Notes under the pieces: generated by a model | What the model saw: only the letters and a program-made list of their open reading frames with translations | Told to the model about the DNA's origin: nothing | The model's database searches: none | NCBI GenBank assembly: GCA_038496445.1 | Contig: JALMLS010000488.1 | Coordinates: 186,001 to 250,000, forward strand | Source of the DNA: Trichosphaerium sp. ATCC 40318 | Taxonomy: Eukaryota > Protista > Tubulinea | Direction of reading: 5' to 3' | DNA: 64,000 nucleotides | Made by a program: the position numbers and the translations under genes | Part shown: one piece after another, positions 1 through 12,330 of the stretch | Layout of the letters: the number at the start of each line of letters is the position of its first letter | How positions within the stretch are numbered: the first letter of the stretch is position 1

Positions 1-3000
1 AGTTGCTTGTTTCCGCACATCAGAACTAACATCAGTCAAGTTGGAACAATTTTTTTACAATCATTGTATTTGGCATGTCGTTACTCCAACAATTTTTGCG
101 CACACAACAAAACGCAGTGTTTCGTTTGTTTTTTTTTTTTCAAACTCGTTTTAACTGTAAACGCAGATAAATGAATCCTACTGGCGCTCCAACGGTACCA
201 CAACCAAATACAGCACATGTAGAAGTGCCTGAGTTGTCCGTTGGTTCTCAACGGTCTTCTGTGGTGATGCATGGTTTGCCGCAACTACCCCACGAAGGTA
301 TTGCTCGGAGTAACACCTTTGAGACCAACAGAGAAGGTACGTACACTGTTTTTCTTCGTCCCGCGTTTGACCTGACAATGTACTACAGTGTCTATCCCAC
401 CTCCGCCTGTTACACAAGATATGACCGTTACGCCTGCAACAGAGCAACGAATGCAAATATCTCACCTGGAACAGGATATAATTAACCAAGGCACCGTGGC
501 GCCTTCAATGCCATTTTCTACCAATGTACGAGCAAATTCGTTCAAAACTGTCAAGTTCGTAACAAGTGGTTTAGGCTCCTATCCCAGACATGAATCAGCA
601 AGCAGCACTAGTAGCACCAACTGGTACAAACATTACGCGTCGCACGTTAAATCTTACACGCGTCTAGTACACCCAAACGCTGGTGCTTTCCCTATTCCTC
701 AACAGTGTTCATTTATTGATAGCACACCTACAATACGGGCACTTTATCACACAACCGACATTAAAAAAGTTGTACGTTGATTTAATGAGCTGCTATGTTC
801 GTCACTCACTTCTCAAAAGGAAGGCGCATTTGCGGAAGCTGTTAAATGTCAGGAAGCCATAGGCATTTGTAAAAGCCTTTTATCACAACAACGATCTGCA
901 TTGGTGCGAGGAAACGAACAAGCCGCCCAAACTCAGACCGTTCAAGTAATAGACAAGGTAAGAGCATAGACATGTTTTTTATTTATTATCACTAACACGA
1001 ACAAACGAACAGGTATTAGCACATTTAGAGGATGCTACACCAAGAAGGATTGAGGACTATGCTGGTTGGCATAATATCTTGGGCATTGAGTTGGTGAGAA
1101 CCTTTTTTTTTTGGTTTTTTTTTTACATTTTTTTTTTTCGCTCTGCTGTGGCGACTTACCTCCTTTTTAGCTATTACCTCGTATAGTAGACTCTGGAGAA
1201 GAATTTGAACTGGCCAAGTGCATGACTGATAAATTAAAGAAAACAAAAATACACCGTGAAATCTTGCATGCTGTTGATAATGCTCTTGCTATTAATGAAA
1301 AGATAAATCTGCTCGATTTTGCTGCTTGGTTACCTGAGTATGCAGCTCGTATTATACCATCTCAAGATGCTAACGCACCTCTATACATGGTAAGTAATTC
1401 GCGACTTGTTCTACAGCACTGGATTTTGTCTAATAGTTTTTGTTTAGTTTGTTGATGATCCAGAGGTACTTGAAAAGTACCAAACTACAGGTGTTGCTGG
1501 TGTTGCTGGTATGCCTGCTCCAGAGACAAATGCTCCAGTACTCGATAATGATATGGGCATGACTGCTCCAGTTATTCCTGGAGAACAGCGTGGTAGTAGT
1601 AGTGGTTGTACGTAACACGAAAGACTCAACAAACATACAAATTATTTCGAAAAAAAACTTTTTTGAAGAGATTGATTGTTTTGACTACAAAATGGTTGAC
1701 TTGTGCTTATTTTTCCCTTTTGTTACAGCAATGGGGCAATACGCACAGCCCGGAAAGAAACGACAGATTGGAAGTATGCCTATGAACGGTCAAGGACCAA
1801 TGAAGCGTATCAAAACAGAGCAAAAGATTCCTTACTCTGTACATCTTCCACGTGCGTTGTAAATCTTATTTTCCTGTTTTCCTTGATTTTTCTCATACTT
1901 TTAAATAGCACTTGTCACAGAAGATTATAATCCAGCTGTTCTATCACCAGCAGTACGCACATTATAAGTGTATGAGCATTTATTAATTAACTATGTAGCC
2001 TTTGATGCCAGGAGCAATGCAAATGCATCCACCTCATTTACAACAACATCATATGACTATGAACTCTCAAATGGGAATGGGGTCAGGCAAAAAGCCAAAA
2101 AGAACTAAAAAAAATGGTGGGAAGAGAAAGGTACGAAAGGTATTTTTTTTGCTTGATGCTTTGTCTGTTTTTTTCTCGTTTTTATACTTATATCACTTTA
2201 GCGTTTCCCTGCCGATACCAAAAAGGAGTGGGGATTCGATGCAGATGATATTTTGGGTGCATTAGTTAGAGAACATGGTTTAGACCCAAACAACCCAGGA
2301 AAAACCGAAAAACGTGGTTACCATTGGGCTAGGTAATTAATTTGTTGGATGGCTCATTTCTAACAGATGTTTACTTTTTTAGAATCGCAAAGGAAATCGC
2401 AAACGAGTATTTTATTTCACTTGGTAAGTTCTTTCTTCGTGAGAAGAAAAATGTTCATGACTTCTTTTTACTGGCTTCTTGTTTTGACTGATTGTAGGCG
2501 ATCCTGGTCCTAAACTCAAGGCTGTACTTAGACGTAAGTATCCACATGTTATTGGTCACAAAGTCAAGGTACGTGATGCGGATGTTAACTTGATGTTTTC
2601 TTTTTTTTTTTTTTCGTTTCAAATTCTGGTGCTTATTTTTTTTTGTTTAGGTACCATCAAATCCAAAACAAGAATGGGGATTTGATGCCTCTGATGTTAA
2701 GCGTTTGATTGAGGAGTTATACCTAAAAGAAAATATGCCTATTGGCACTCCATGCAAGAATATTTCGCTCTCAAAAATTGGAGAGATCTTAGGTCACAAG
2801 ACTGTAAATATGGTACGTCCTACTGCGAATATAATCAAATCAAAACCTTTGTTGTAGATACAGTTTTTTTTCTGGCTGGTTCTCGGCTAGCCTAGAAATT
2901 CTATTTTTTTTTTGTTTGACTTCCTTTGTTGACACTTTTTTGTTCTAGTCACGTAACTCCAAGTACAAACCTTTCGCTCAACGTAAAGATCGTGGCCAAT

Positions 3001-3074
3001 TAGTAGCCGCTCTATTGCGTAATACCTACCCTGAGATGGCAAATTTATTTAGACGTGAGAAGAACCGTCGTTAG
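1..3074 (+). CDS. Multi-exon protein of unknown function (5' end possibly outside the window); Q/H/M-rich linker, basic NLS and two C-terminal EWGFDA..L..YP repeats
   Basis: Exons joined through GT-AG introns (e.g. 773-830, 2131-2200). The C-terminus contains RFPADTKKEWGFDADD...LRRKYP and VPSNPKQEWGFDASD...LRNTYP. Stop TAG at 3072-3074. Confidence 0.6.
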
Positions 3075-3644
3075 ATGATGATATTTCTTTTTTTTTTTGC
3101 TTTGTTTTAAAGAGCCGTAACCCACTTTTATTTACGTATTTTGTACGAACCAAAATGTACAGAGAGGATATTTTGTTGGTCCTTCACAAAATAAAAAAAA
3201 CAAACTTTTACCTCGTTAACATCTGCTCCCTTGTTTACTATTTTGTGTAACAATTATGAGGTTATGTATAGCGATTAATAGAAAGCTAGTTTGATTATCT
3301 AAGGTGTTTTCGTTGAGCTCGATAGCGAACGTTAATCAAAATTATAGTCTCAATAAAACTGCTTTATTTGCGCCAAGTCGCGCTTGTTAAACCGACGGAG
3401 CTAGTGGTGGGATATATACTACTGATGCAGTATTACCAACGTGATGATGCCATCAAAAATGCACAACTACAGAACTTTGTTTTTATATTTTTTTTAAAAC
3501 ACGTGTTCGTACTGCGAAACGTCGTTGCTTCTTTCATTTTTTTTTGCATCAAAAAATCTTAGGTTAAGTTAGGTTTTTCTGGTGGTCACTTACAGCCGGA
3601 GAGTGAAAAGAAATCCACAGTTGGGAAGTACCACCTGTCCCCTA

Positions 3645-5360
3645 ATGTCGTTAAATACGCAAAAATTGTTCTCTGATACAGCGGAGCAGCTACGCGCAAA
3701 ATATGAAGCGTTAATAGATCATGGAGGTGAGCTACAAACTCATTTATCTCGTTTTAGGTTTTTTATGTTTTTTCGTTAAAACTGGTCTCACATACAATAC
3801 AGCAAAGCACCCAGAAGAGTTTGAAAAAAATTTAAGGTCATTGCGTGAATTGATATATAATGAAGGTCTCCCGCCTGAAACAAAGGTATTTTCACTATTT
3901 TATAAACGGAGAAATGTTGTAGCACGTTTTGATGACCAAAGAAAAAAAAAACAGTTCGAACAAACAACTTTGGTGTCAAGAAAAAAAAAATCTCGTATCA
4001 ATCTAGATACCATGGTCAATTCTATTTTGGTTGTTTTTACCAGTTAATTGACTATTTGTCTCTATTACAGGAGGAACTAGACAACAGGGATAAATGTACA
4101 TTACGTGGTAGGGTATGGAAGATACTGCTTGGAGTAAAGTCTATAGATGCTTCATATTACATCAAACTAGTTGAGCAGGTAGGTTAAGTGAAAAGTATAC
4201 TCGAACTTTCTTTTTCTAGCTGTAACCATCGTATTTTTTTCAATTGTTTGAAAATGACTGGAAGAGGTTTTTTTTCTAAACGTCACCTACGTAGGGGCCT
4301 TCTCCAGTTTTTAATAAGATTCAAGTGGATGCATCAAGGACATTCAGAAGTGATCTGCAGTTTAGCTCAAGAGTTAGTTGTGCAAGTATTAATAGAGTTT
4401 TAAACGCTTTTGTTCATGATGTTGGTACTATACTCTTTCACTTCTTTCTTTTTCTAAAAGCAGATTTCTTTTTATGGCGTTTTTGTTTGAACCGTTTTAT
4501 TGTTATAAAAATAGAAATAACCACTCACCTTTCTTTTAGGAGTTAACTCCACGTTATCGTATGTACAAGGCTTAAACTGTGTAATGGCACCATTTTTATA
4601 CGTTATGCCAGAAGTAGACGCTTTTTATTCGTATGTCTAAACATCTGTTGTAAAAAACTAACCGTTAATCTGTTTTTAGATTTTCGTTACTTATGAAAAA
4701 GTATTGCCCTTTGTACGTTTCTTGAAAAGAAGATATCCACAAAAACACCTGAAAATGAAGTAAATCTAATAACGTATATATTTAGGTATGCAACTAAGCA
4801 AATAACAGGCGCATACAATGGTTTACGTGCACGTGCTAAACACGTGAAAAAAACTTTCTAATGTTTTTTGGAATAGGTTTTTAAACAGATTTTTAAAACG
4901 GTTGATCCTGATCTTTATAATCATCTTCTGGATCATAATATTATTGCCGACATATATGCACTACAGCGTATCCTTATAATATATAAATTTATGTTCTTTT
5001 ATCACTTGAACAAGAAAACCTTAACTGCTCTAAGCAATACTCAGTTTAGGTAGTAGTATTCCTCCTTTTAGAGAATTACTACGTCTCTGGGATTTTTACT
5101 TTGCTTTTGGTATCCATTTGAATATCATAGTAACAATAGCACAAGTCATGTTACAAAGAGATGCATTAATAGCAGCTGATAGGTACTATATACTTCTTAA
5201 AACATGTCTAATTTTTTTTAGACCCGGCTATTTCTTGAGGTATGATCGGTGGCCGCCTTTGGATGCTGATGTTGTAATTCAATTGAGCATGTCTCTTTTA
5301 CGACTAGTACCTGATAGCTTATTTGAACAGTTGGTACAGCATACACACAAGAAAGTTTGA
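3645..5360 (+). CDS. BUB2: BUB2/Cdc16-like TBC-domain GTPase-activating protein
   Basis: Spliced translation gives LRGRVWKILL, DASRTF, YVQGLN, IYALQPILSLGSSIPPFRELLRLWDFYFAFGIHLNI and LLRLVPDSLFEQLVQH, matching the Bub2/Cdc16 TBC pattern. Confidence 0.85.
4968..5034 (+). other. U12-type (minor spliceosome) GT-AG intron in the BUB2-like gene
   Basis: Donor GTATCCTT and branch site CCTTAAC at 5019-5025, 9 nt before the intron end. Removal restores the frame (YALQ-P-ILSL). Confidence 0.88.
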
Positions 5361-5571
5361 TATGAGTAAAAGCAAAAGAAGAATGTAGATTTGTTATTTT
5401 TATTGTAGATAGTAAACGACACGTAGCAAAATAAAAAAAATCAAAAAAACTCAATTTTCAGTGAGATTCGTGTTGCAACTACCAATGGCAGGGTGCCTTA
5501 CATTGGTATATATTTTGATATGAGTGTTAACAAGTAATAGAGTAGGGTATGTCAAAGTTATCATGTTCAGC

Positions 5572-6984
5572 TTACTTTTTAGTTTTTTGCTTCTTTGCAT
5601 CTTGCTTCATCTGCTTTTTAACGGAAATGGAAGCTCTGCGTTTACTCCCTCTTCGTTCTACATCATTTGTTTCTCCTTTGTGAGCAATTAGTAGTTCGTA
5701 AATAATAGTTTTAAGTCGGGTACCATCATCTTCGATTACTACTGGACTTATGCTCTTCGCATCAAAGCCTCCATTGAATAGAACTTTTATCTTGATTGTA
5801 CCCTTTCCATCACGCTCGTACACCAATTCTCCATCGATGAAAGGTGCCAATGGTTTATCAAAAACCCAGATGCACGAGTTTAGAGGAAATCCCCAAGCAT
5901 GGGTTTCTCGTGTGAACCCAATGCTATTCGCATTGTAATTCTCTGCAAACTGGTTCTGGAGAGACTTCATGTCATCAGAATCTTCTGATGCTTGAAATCC
6001 AGAAGCATGTACATGACGGCCACTAAATCTGAAGGTTACATCGTTCTTGTAGCTATTTAGGATTCTAAAAATAGCCTCAGCGACTACATTGTTATTTGGG
6101 AAGCTTATAGAGAAATCACAATGTCCTCTGTGGTCCAAGCTACATTGAGATTGTAAATCGTTTGATTTGAAGACATCAATAATTTTCTTGAGAATAGTAT
6201 TCCCAGTTTTATCCAAGTTCCGTTTTTTGCTTTTTGGCGACACTTGGATAGTCTCCACTACTTTTCTTTCTGTTTTTCGAGATTGCCATTTTGCAAAAAC
6301 GGCAGCAACAGGAGCTGGCTCCTTCGTTGCTTCTTCGTCCGCTACGGCGTCTTTTGGTTCCTCACCCTGAAACGAATTAAAATGAGTATTTTAGGAAATA
6401 ATCAAAGTAAAATACCACAGGTTGGTCAGCAGCATCTTCAGGCACATTATTTTGGTCGCTGCTAACTACAAGTCATTGGTAAAAAAAAAAGAAAAAAAGT
6501 TGGGTACCTTCATCAACCTGTACCACACCAACCGCTTCATTGGTGTTACGGGGAACTAGTGGAGCGAGAGGCATCTTGTCTGCCATGGCGCGAAGAGTAG
6601 TAACAATCGATACCTTTGACGCCTTGGATGGTACGCCGTATTTACAGCATAGAGGCACCAGAGTTGAATGTAGCAAATTCTTGAGACGCAGAGAGCGTAA
6701 TCTCGCTAACGCAGCGCCATCTGAAAAGTGATAAAAGTTAGAAATAAACAAGTATGATTGTCATAAATCTTCGTACATTGCTCAGCAGCCATAATAGACA
6801 CTGTTACCAGCTTACCACACGATTTTTTTGGGCACACAGTAACGATATTTGTCTCTTTTGAACCAGCTACATCGTATTGTGCTGCGAACAGGTTATGACA
6901 TCCTTCGCAACAAAACACATCAGTTCGTTTGGGGAAAGTTGTCTTTCCTGCCTCCGGTTTTACGTTTTTATTGACTATAGACAT
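5572..6984 (-). CDS. Unknown protein: N-terminal Zn-ribbon (CxxC...CxxxxC), SAP-like helix motif and uncharacterised C-terminal domain
   Basis: About 4 exons joined by GT-AG introns (e.g. 6776-6721). Contains CCEGC...CPKKSC and LRSLRLKNLLHSTLVPLCCKYGVPSKASKVSIVTTL (SAP-like), with a basic C-terminal tail. Confidence 0.5.
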
Positions 6985-7127
6985 TGTGCTTCGCGCTACA
7001 GACGTTTTTGAATAATATAAAGCGGGACTTAATATGATCTGAATAGCGAACGACGGTCGTTCCTGTCGTCTCGTTCGTGTAATATATTATATTCTCGCAC
7101 AAATAAAATAGGAACATAAATTCTGAG

Positions 7128-7147
7128 ACGGTGCCATATGGCACCGT
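7128..7147. repeat. Perfect 20-bp palindrome ACGGTGCCATATGGCACCGT
   Basis: Read directly. It is followed by ATAAGGG-TTAT, and a second palindrome GAACGAC-G-GTCGTTC lies at 7048-7062. Confidence 0.9.
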
Positions 7148-7562
7148 ATAAGGGTTATATTTGTGGATTTTCGTTTTTGTCCACAGAACCTACCAAAATA
7201 GATGTAGATCATTCTTGGAGTGTTTTAAGCTCTTTTCGTATGCGGATTTCCACACATTCCGCACAATTGAGTTGGATTAAGATGGAAGAACTAAGGTAGT
7301 GCTGGTTTTGCTTCAAATGGTTGAAGAGTCAAATCACGTGCCGCAACAGAACGTTTAAATTTACTTTTGCGTTTCGACGGCTTTGTGATGGATGTACTTA
7401 AGATAAGGCAAGTACACTTACAACAGTTTGTCATACAACTACACTTTATGCAATTTCTATTATTACTGTTACTTGAAAGTCGAAAGGTGCCTTATTGTCG
7501 TGGCTTAACGCAATTTTCAAATAAAGCAGCCCTTCTAGCACAAAAATACAGCAAACACAACA

Positions 7563-8348
7563 ATGAAGTTATACGGCGCTCTAGTATTCTGGAAAACAGA
7601 CCCTAAACCAATTCTACTCTCATCGGCATACGATGTATCAGATTATGGCTTTTTACAACGTGGTAGCGTGAAAGAGGTTGTACGGTTCGCAGGTACTAGT
7701 TAGGAGTTATAGCGAAATACTAACTGTTACGTAAGGTAGAGAAGTAACAAAGAGAACTAATCCTGGCTGCCGACGCGCTATTAAATACGAGGAATACATG
7801 TGCTTTGTATACGTTGACAATTCAGGGCTTGGCGTTGCAATAATGGCAAACGATGAATATAAACCTCACAGGCTATGTTTTCAAATGATTCAGCTCGTTA
7901 TAGAAGGCTTTAAGAAGTCTAGGTACACAATTTAGTCGTCACAACAAAAAACCCGGTTCTTACGCGTTTTTTAGTGAATACAATCGTATGCAAAGCCGTT
8001 TAGGTAGTTTAAAAGGCGATCAAGAAGCCAACTTTAAAAAGTTCTCAAAAGAGCTCGCAAGCATCTTATCTAGCTATCAAGACCCAGCTCAAGTAGATCA
8101 AATTGCCAGAGTACGAAAAAAACCGACACATGTCGCGTAAGGGCTAATTTCTTTTATAGATTCATAAAAAGATTGAAGACACAAAAGAAGTATTGACAGA
8201 GAGTATTGACAAACTTTTGGAACGTGGTGAAAATCTAGAGGATCTATTACAAGGAACAGAGGATTTATCGTTCCAAACCAAGGTTTTTGCATCAGATGCA
8301 GCTGACATGAACAGTTGTGCTAGAAGATGGGGATGTGCGATCTTATAA
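7563..8348 (+). CDS. YKT6: YKT6-like longin R-SNARE with CAAX end
   Basis: MKLYGALVF...DVSDYGFLQRGSVKE (longin), YQDPAQVDQI, IDKLLERGENLEDL...LSFQTKVF (SNARE motif), C-terminal GCAIL*. Confidence 0.88.
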
Positions 8349-8734
8349 TTGTTTGGCAGCTCATCGCAGCTCCATCCAAAAAAAAAATTATAAAGAGAGC
8401 ACGTGGGATAACAATGATGTCATCAATATCGACCCTCGCCCACTTTTGTACACTCTTTATCTTTTAGTGTAAATAAATTATTTTGAAAATTAGCCAAGCG
8501 TCAACTTGACAATACGTCAAGCAATTCTAGCGGTATTAAAACAAACAAGTGCGTTGCTCCTTGATATAAGAGTAACGAAAGAAAAGGATATGTATTCCAT
8601 AGAAACTAGTTTCTTTGACGTAGATCATCAGTGACTTGTCAGCACTAAGATAGCTACTTGTGATGAAATGCACGTGATGTTTTATTTTTCTTCCTTTTTT
8701 TTTTCTTTTTTCGTTCTCTTTTTTCTTCCAACTC

Positions 8735-10104
8735 TTATTTCATCTCTTCTGGTGATGGCAAACATTTATAAAAGCAATAAGCATCTGTTTTTTTGGTGTG
8801 CTTGGGATCAAGGTAGTTGTTTAAATAAAATTCCACTTTGTGAGCATTGTCAGGAATGCAAAAAGCGTCTTGCATTGAACGAACTTGTTTTTCGTTAAAG
8901 GCTTCACCTTTCAGAGAAACACTTTTTAATTGCCTTCTTCTTCTGTTAAATATAGTCTCAAGAACACTTCTTGCTGGACTACAACCAGATGCTGACACTG
9001 CCAAATGTTGTAACTTTGGAAAACACTTTTCATTTTGAAGTGCTTTTAACATGTACACAGGTCTACACGCGAACCGTACATTCAAGAAAGCAAATACCCT
9101 TATATTAGATTTCGTGCATCGTTCAATGGCTTCTTCAACCACTCGTGATATATAGCGTGGCGCGAAATCATCAGTCTCTGATGTGATATTATTTCTAAAA
9201 TAAAACATGTCAAATAAAGGTATTAACAAAAAAGGAAAGAAAAAGGCTTATAAGTTGTACCTGCGAGTGAATCTAACAATGAAAGTTTGAAGTGACTTGC
9301 AGTCCGGTACAGCCACCATGAGTTTCTCCCAACAATGTTTTTTAAAGCCAACTTCGCTAAGAATCAATTCAACCAAATTATTTTGTGCCATTCTGATTGT
9401 CATTGCTCTAATCAATGCAATATCGCATAACCACCTGGATTTTGGTACACGAATAGCATATGATAGGGGTTCTAGAGCTTTAATAATATGAAATATGATC
9501 TCCATCGGTAGTAATCCAAATAATCCATCTTCTTTATAGTGAGATAGAAAAATAAGCCTCAAAATCTTCCATTCGATATTTTCTTTGACTATCCTCCAGT
9601 TTCTTTCATACTCCTCTAGATAAGAGCTTACATGTCTAGTTATATGTATACGGTGTAGAGGTATAGACACGTCATATCTAAGGTTGACATTAACGAGAAG
9701 AAGTAGAATAACAAAAAAATTGAACTTTCTTGAAAACGTGACAATTTCGCTCAAATGAAAAATAATTTTGCGATCAAAACAGTCTAATAATAAGAAAAAG
9801 ATAACCCAAATTACGCTTACACTGTGCTATCGAAATCTACCTTATATTGCTTTATCGCGAACTTCAGAACTGTACGTCGTATATTTGTAATGTATTTGGC
9901 TCGCTCTTCAGCCCCACAACTCGGTACAATGTGGTGGGTAATTTTACCTTTCATGCATATAGATAAAACCATTTTACCTTTGCGTGATTTTGAGTTACGA
10001 AAAATGTAGCAAGGTTTCACTTCGCTGTTTTCTAGAAGAAGGACGGCATCAGCTGGCGTTAAATATGGTAAATAGTCGGAGTGAACACTCTTGAAGTCAT
10101 CCAT
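8735..10104 (-). CDS. SH2-domain protein with F-box-like motif and degenerate LRR-like C-terminus
   Basis: Exon 1 YLTPADAVLLLENSEVKPCYIFRNSKSRKGKMVLSICMKGKITHHIV fits SH2 with the betaB5 Arg. Middle exon FGLLPMEIIFHIIKAL is F-box-like. C-terminal CKSLQTF, CFPKLQHLAV and QLKSVSL are LRR-like. A GTAAGC donor at ~9821 links the exons. Confidence 0.65.
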
Positions 10105-10324
10105 ACTGTTTTCGTTGTATAAAAGCGTAATTGATGGCTAAGGTACGTTGTTTAAGTTGCCCGGATTAGGAACCAGTTTGTGTACCACTTGTTCACCCAA
10201 GATGCAAAACTCTTATCCCGCGGTAGCGTGCGTTTAAACAAACTCACTAGTAAGTATTAACAAACTATTAATAATACTGTAAAAAACATCTTTGGAACAA
10301 ACAAAATCATGATTAAGTTTTTTT

Positions 10325-11955
10325 TTATTTTTTGACCAAAAAACTGAAGTGTGTCCTTCCGAAGTTTTGGTCTTGCTGTACAATATTGTTAGTTGTTTCT
10401 GAATCTAAAAATACGTATTATAATAATAGTCAGTGTTGGAAGAGAAAATTATAATGTCTCTGTGTCACAAGTGACCAAAAAATAAAACACGTGATTTTGT
10501 CATTCAAAATCATCAGTCCGAAATTATTTTTTTTTGTGTTCCAACCAAAAGTTCTCAACAATCCCACTTTGATCCTTGTTTCTTCCTCTTAGCTCTTGAT
10601 TGCTCATCATCATTATCATTCCCTTTATCTTTTGATTTATCTTCCAATCCGCCCTTACCATTTTCACCATCAATTGCATCTGTACTCCCTTTTTCAAATT
10701 CAATCTGCCTCTTTCTTTTTCTATTGCCTCTTTTTTCAGCTTTTAGTTTATCAGAGTGAGCTTCTAACAAAAAACTAATCGTCAGTGATACAGCAAGAAT
10801 AACAGTAGAATATAAAAAACCAAACAAAAACGATAATCTGAGCACCTGGCACTCAGTTACATCGTCATATTTTCGGCACAAAAGTCAAAAAAAACTTAAA
10901 AAAATATCCCGAAAAACCTAACGCTTAAACTCCTCTATAATCGTACCTATTTTATCATAAAAGTCGTGTTCTTGTGCACTTATATCAAATACGTCCTTAT
11001 CATAGCAAGTACCGATCTCTTTTATATTACAAAGGACAATAAATTCCTTCAAAATATTAGGATTATTAAACTTCTTATTCTTTCTCAATTCTCTATTAAT
11101 ATTTGATCCAGTCTTTGTCAAAGCATCCCATTTTTTTACTATGGCCTAGTAAGAATTATCAGTAAATTACCTCAACAAATAAAAAAAATAAAATATCATC
11201 TTCTAAGCGTGTTCATTCAAAAGCAAGCCAAAAACACCCGGCGCCAAAAAAGTTTTTGTAATTTTTTTTTTTTGGAATAACAAGAACTGACAGACGGTTG
11301 CACATCGGTAGCATGTTGTGTTGTATTTTAAGCGCTGTTTTCGACGTTTATGATGAAGATAACAAATAAAAGTTTTGTAATTCAAAAAAAGGATTTTTGG
11401 ACTTACCACTAAATCTTCGGCTGGCTCTCCTTCTACTGGCTCACACCATGTACTATAATCAAAATCATCCTCATCACTACTATCTACTTCATCTTTCTCT
11501 TTCTAAAGGTGTCGTGTTAACCGAGAAAATGCAAATTCTTGAGTTTGTTGAAACGTTTCATAAAAAAGCTGTTTATAAAAAAAGCAAAGCTGCTTATATT
11601 GCATAACACGCACATTATTGGACATTTGTACATCATCTGGCTGCTTTTCTGTTGAATCTACAATACTATCATCTAATAATTGATTTAACGCCAATTTATA
11701 TCATTTAGACGCTTGTTAGCGACATACCAGGGGTTTCTTTATTTACTTTTTTCTCTCGTACAGATTCTTCATCATCGCTACCTGCAGCATATCCTACAAG
11801 CCCTTTTACGCAATATTAGCAAATTTTAGCGGTAAATAACAAAACTGAGATAATTTCGCACCGGAGAGTGTATTAGTATTATCATCGGACTGATCTAGCG
11901 CATTCTTGGCGCCCTCATCATCAGAATAGGCGTAAGATACTAAACCATTCATCAT
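10325..11955 (-). CDS. SAP30BP: SAP30-binding protein / HCNGP family
   Basis: N-terminal GLVSYAYSDDE, core ELRKNKKFNNPNILKEFIVLCNIKEIGTCYDKDVFD, C-terminal KRKKQGSKWD. Confidence 0.85.
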
Positions 11956-12330
11956 ACTTTAGTTTGGAAATGGCAAGGAGACTGCCTTATAGCAGCAACA
12001 ATCTAACGATAAATTGAGTGATCTAGAGACATGACTTAACACTTTGCGCGTTGCAGATTAAGATGCAAAAAATCGGCTATTCTTGCTGAACATTTACATT
12101 ACACAACAAAAGACTGCGCCAGTTTATTGTGTGCGTGTGTAAAAAAATGTAAGTGGAAAATCGATTGCTCTATTCTATGTGGCAATTCAAACACGTGACT
12201 TTATTTATTAACATTTGCAGTCAGTACTCACATAGTTATATTCCAAGCAACCAATCATAAGGTGAGTAAGTGTTTATCTAGTTTGACTCTATGACATTAT
12301 AAGTTTGTGTTCTGAAAGAGTTTGGCCGTC

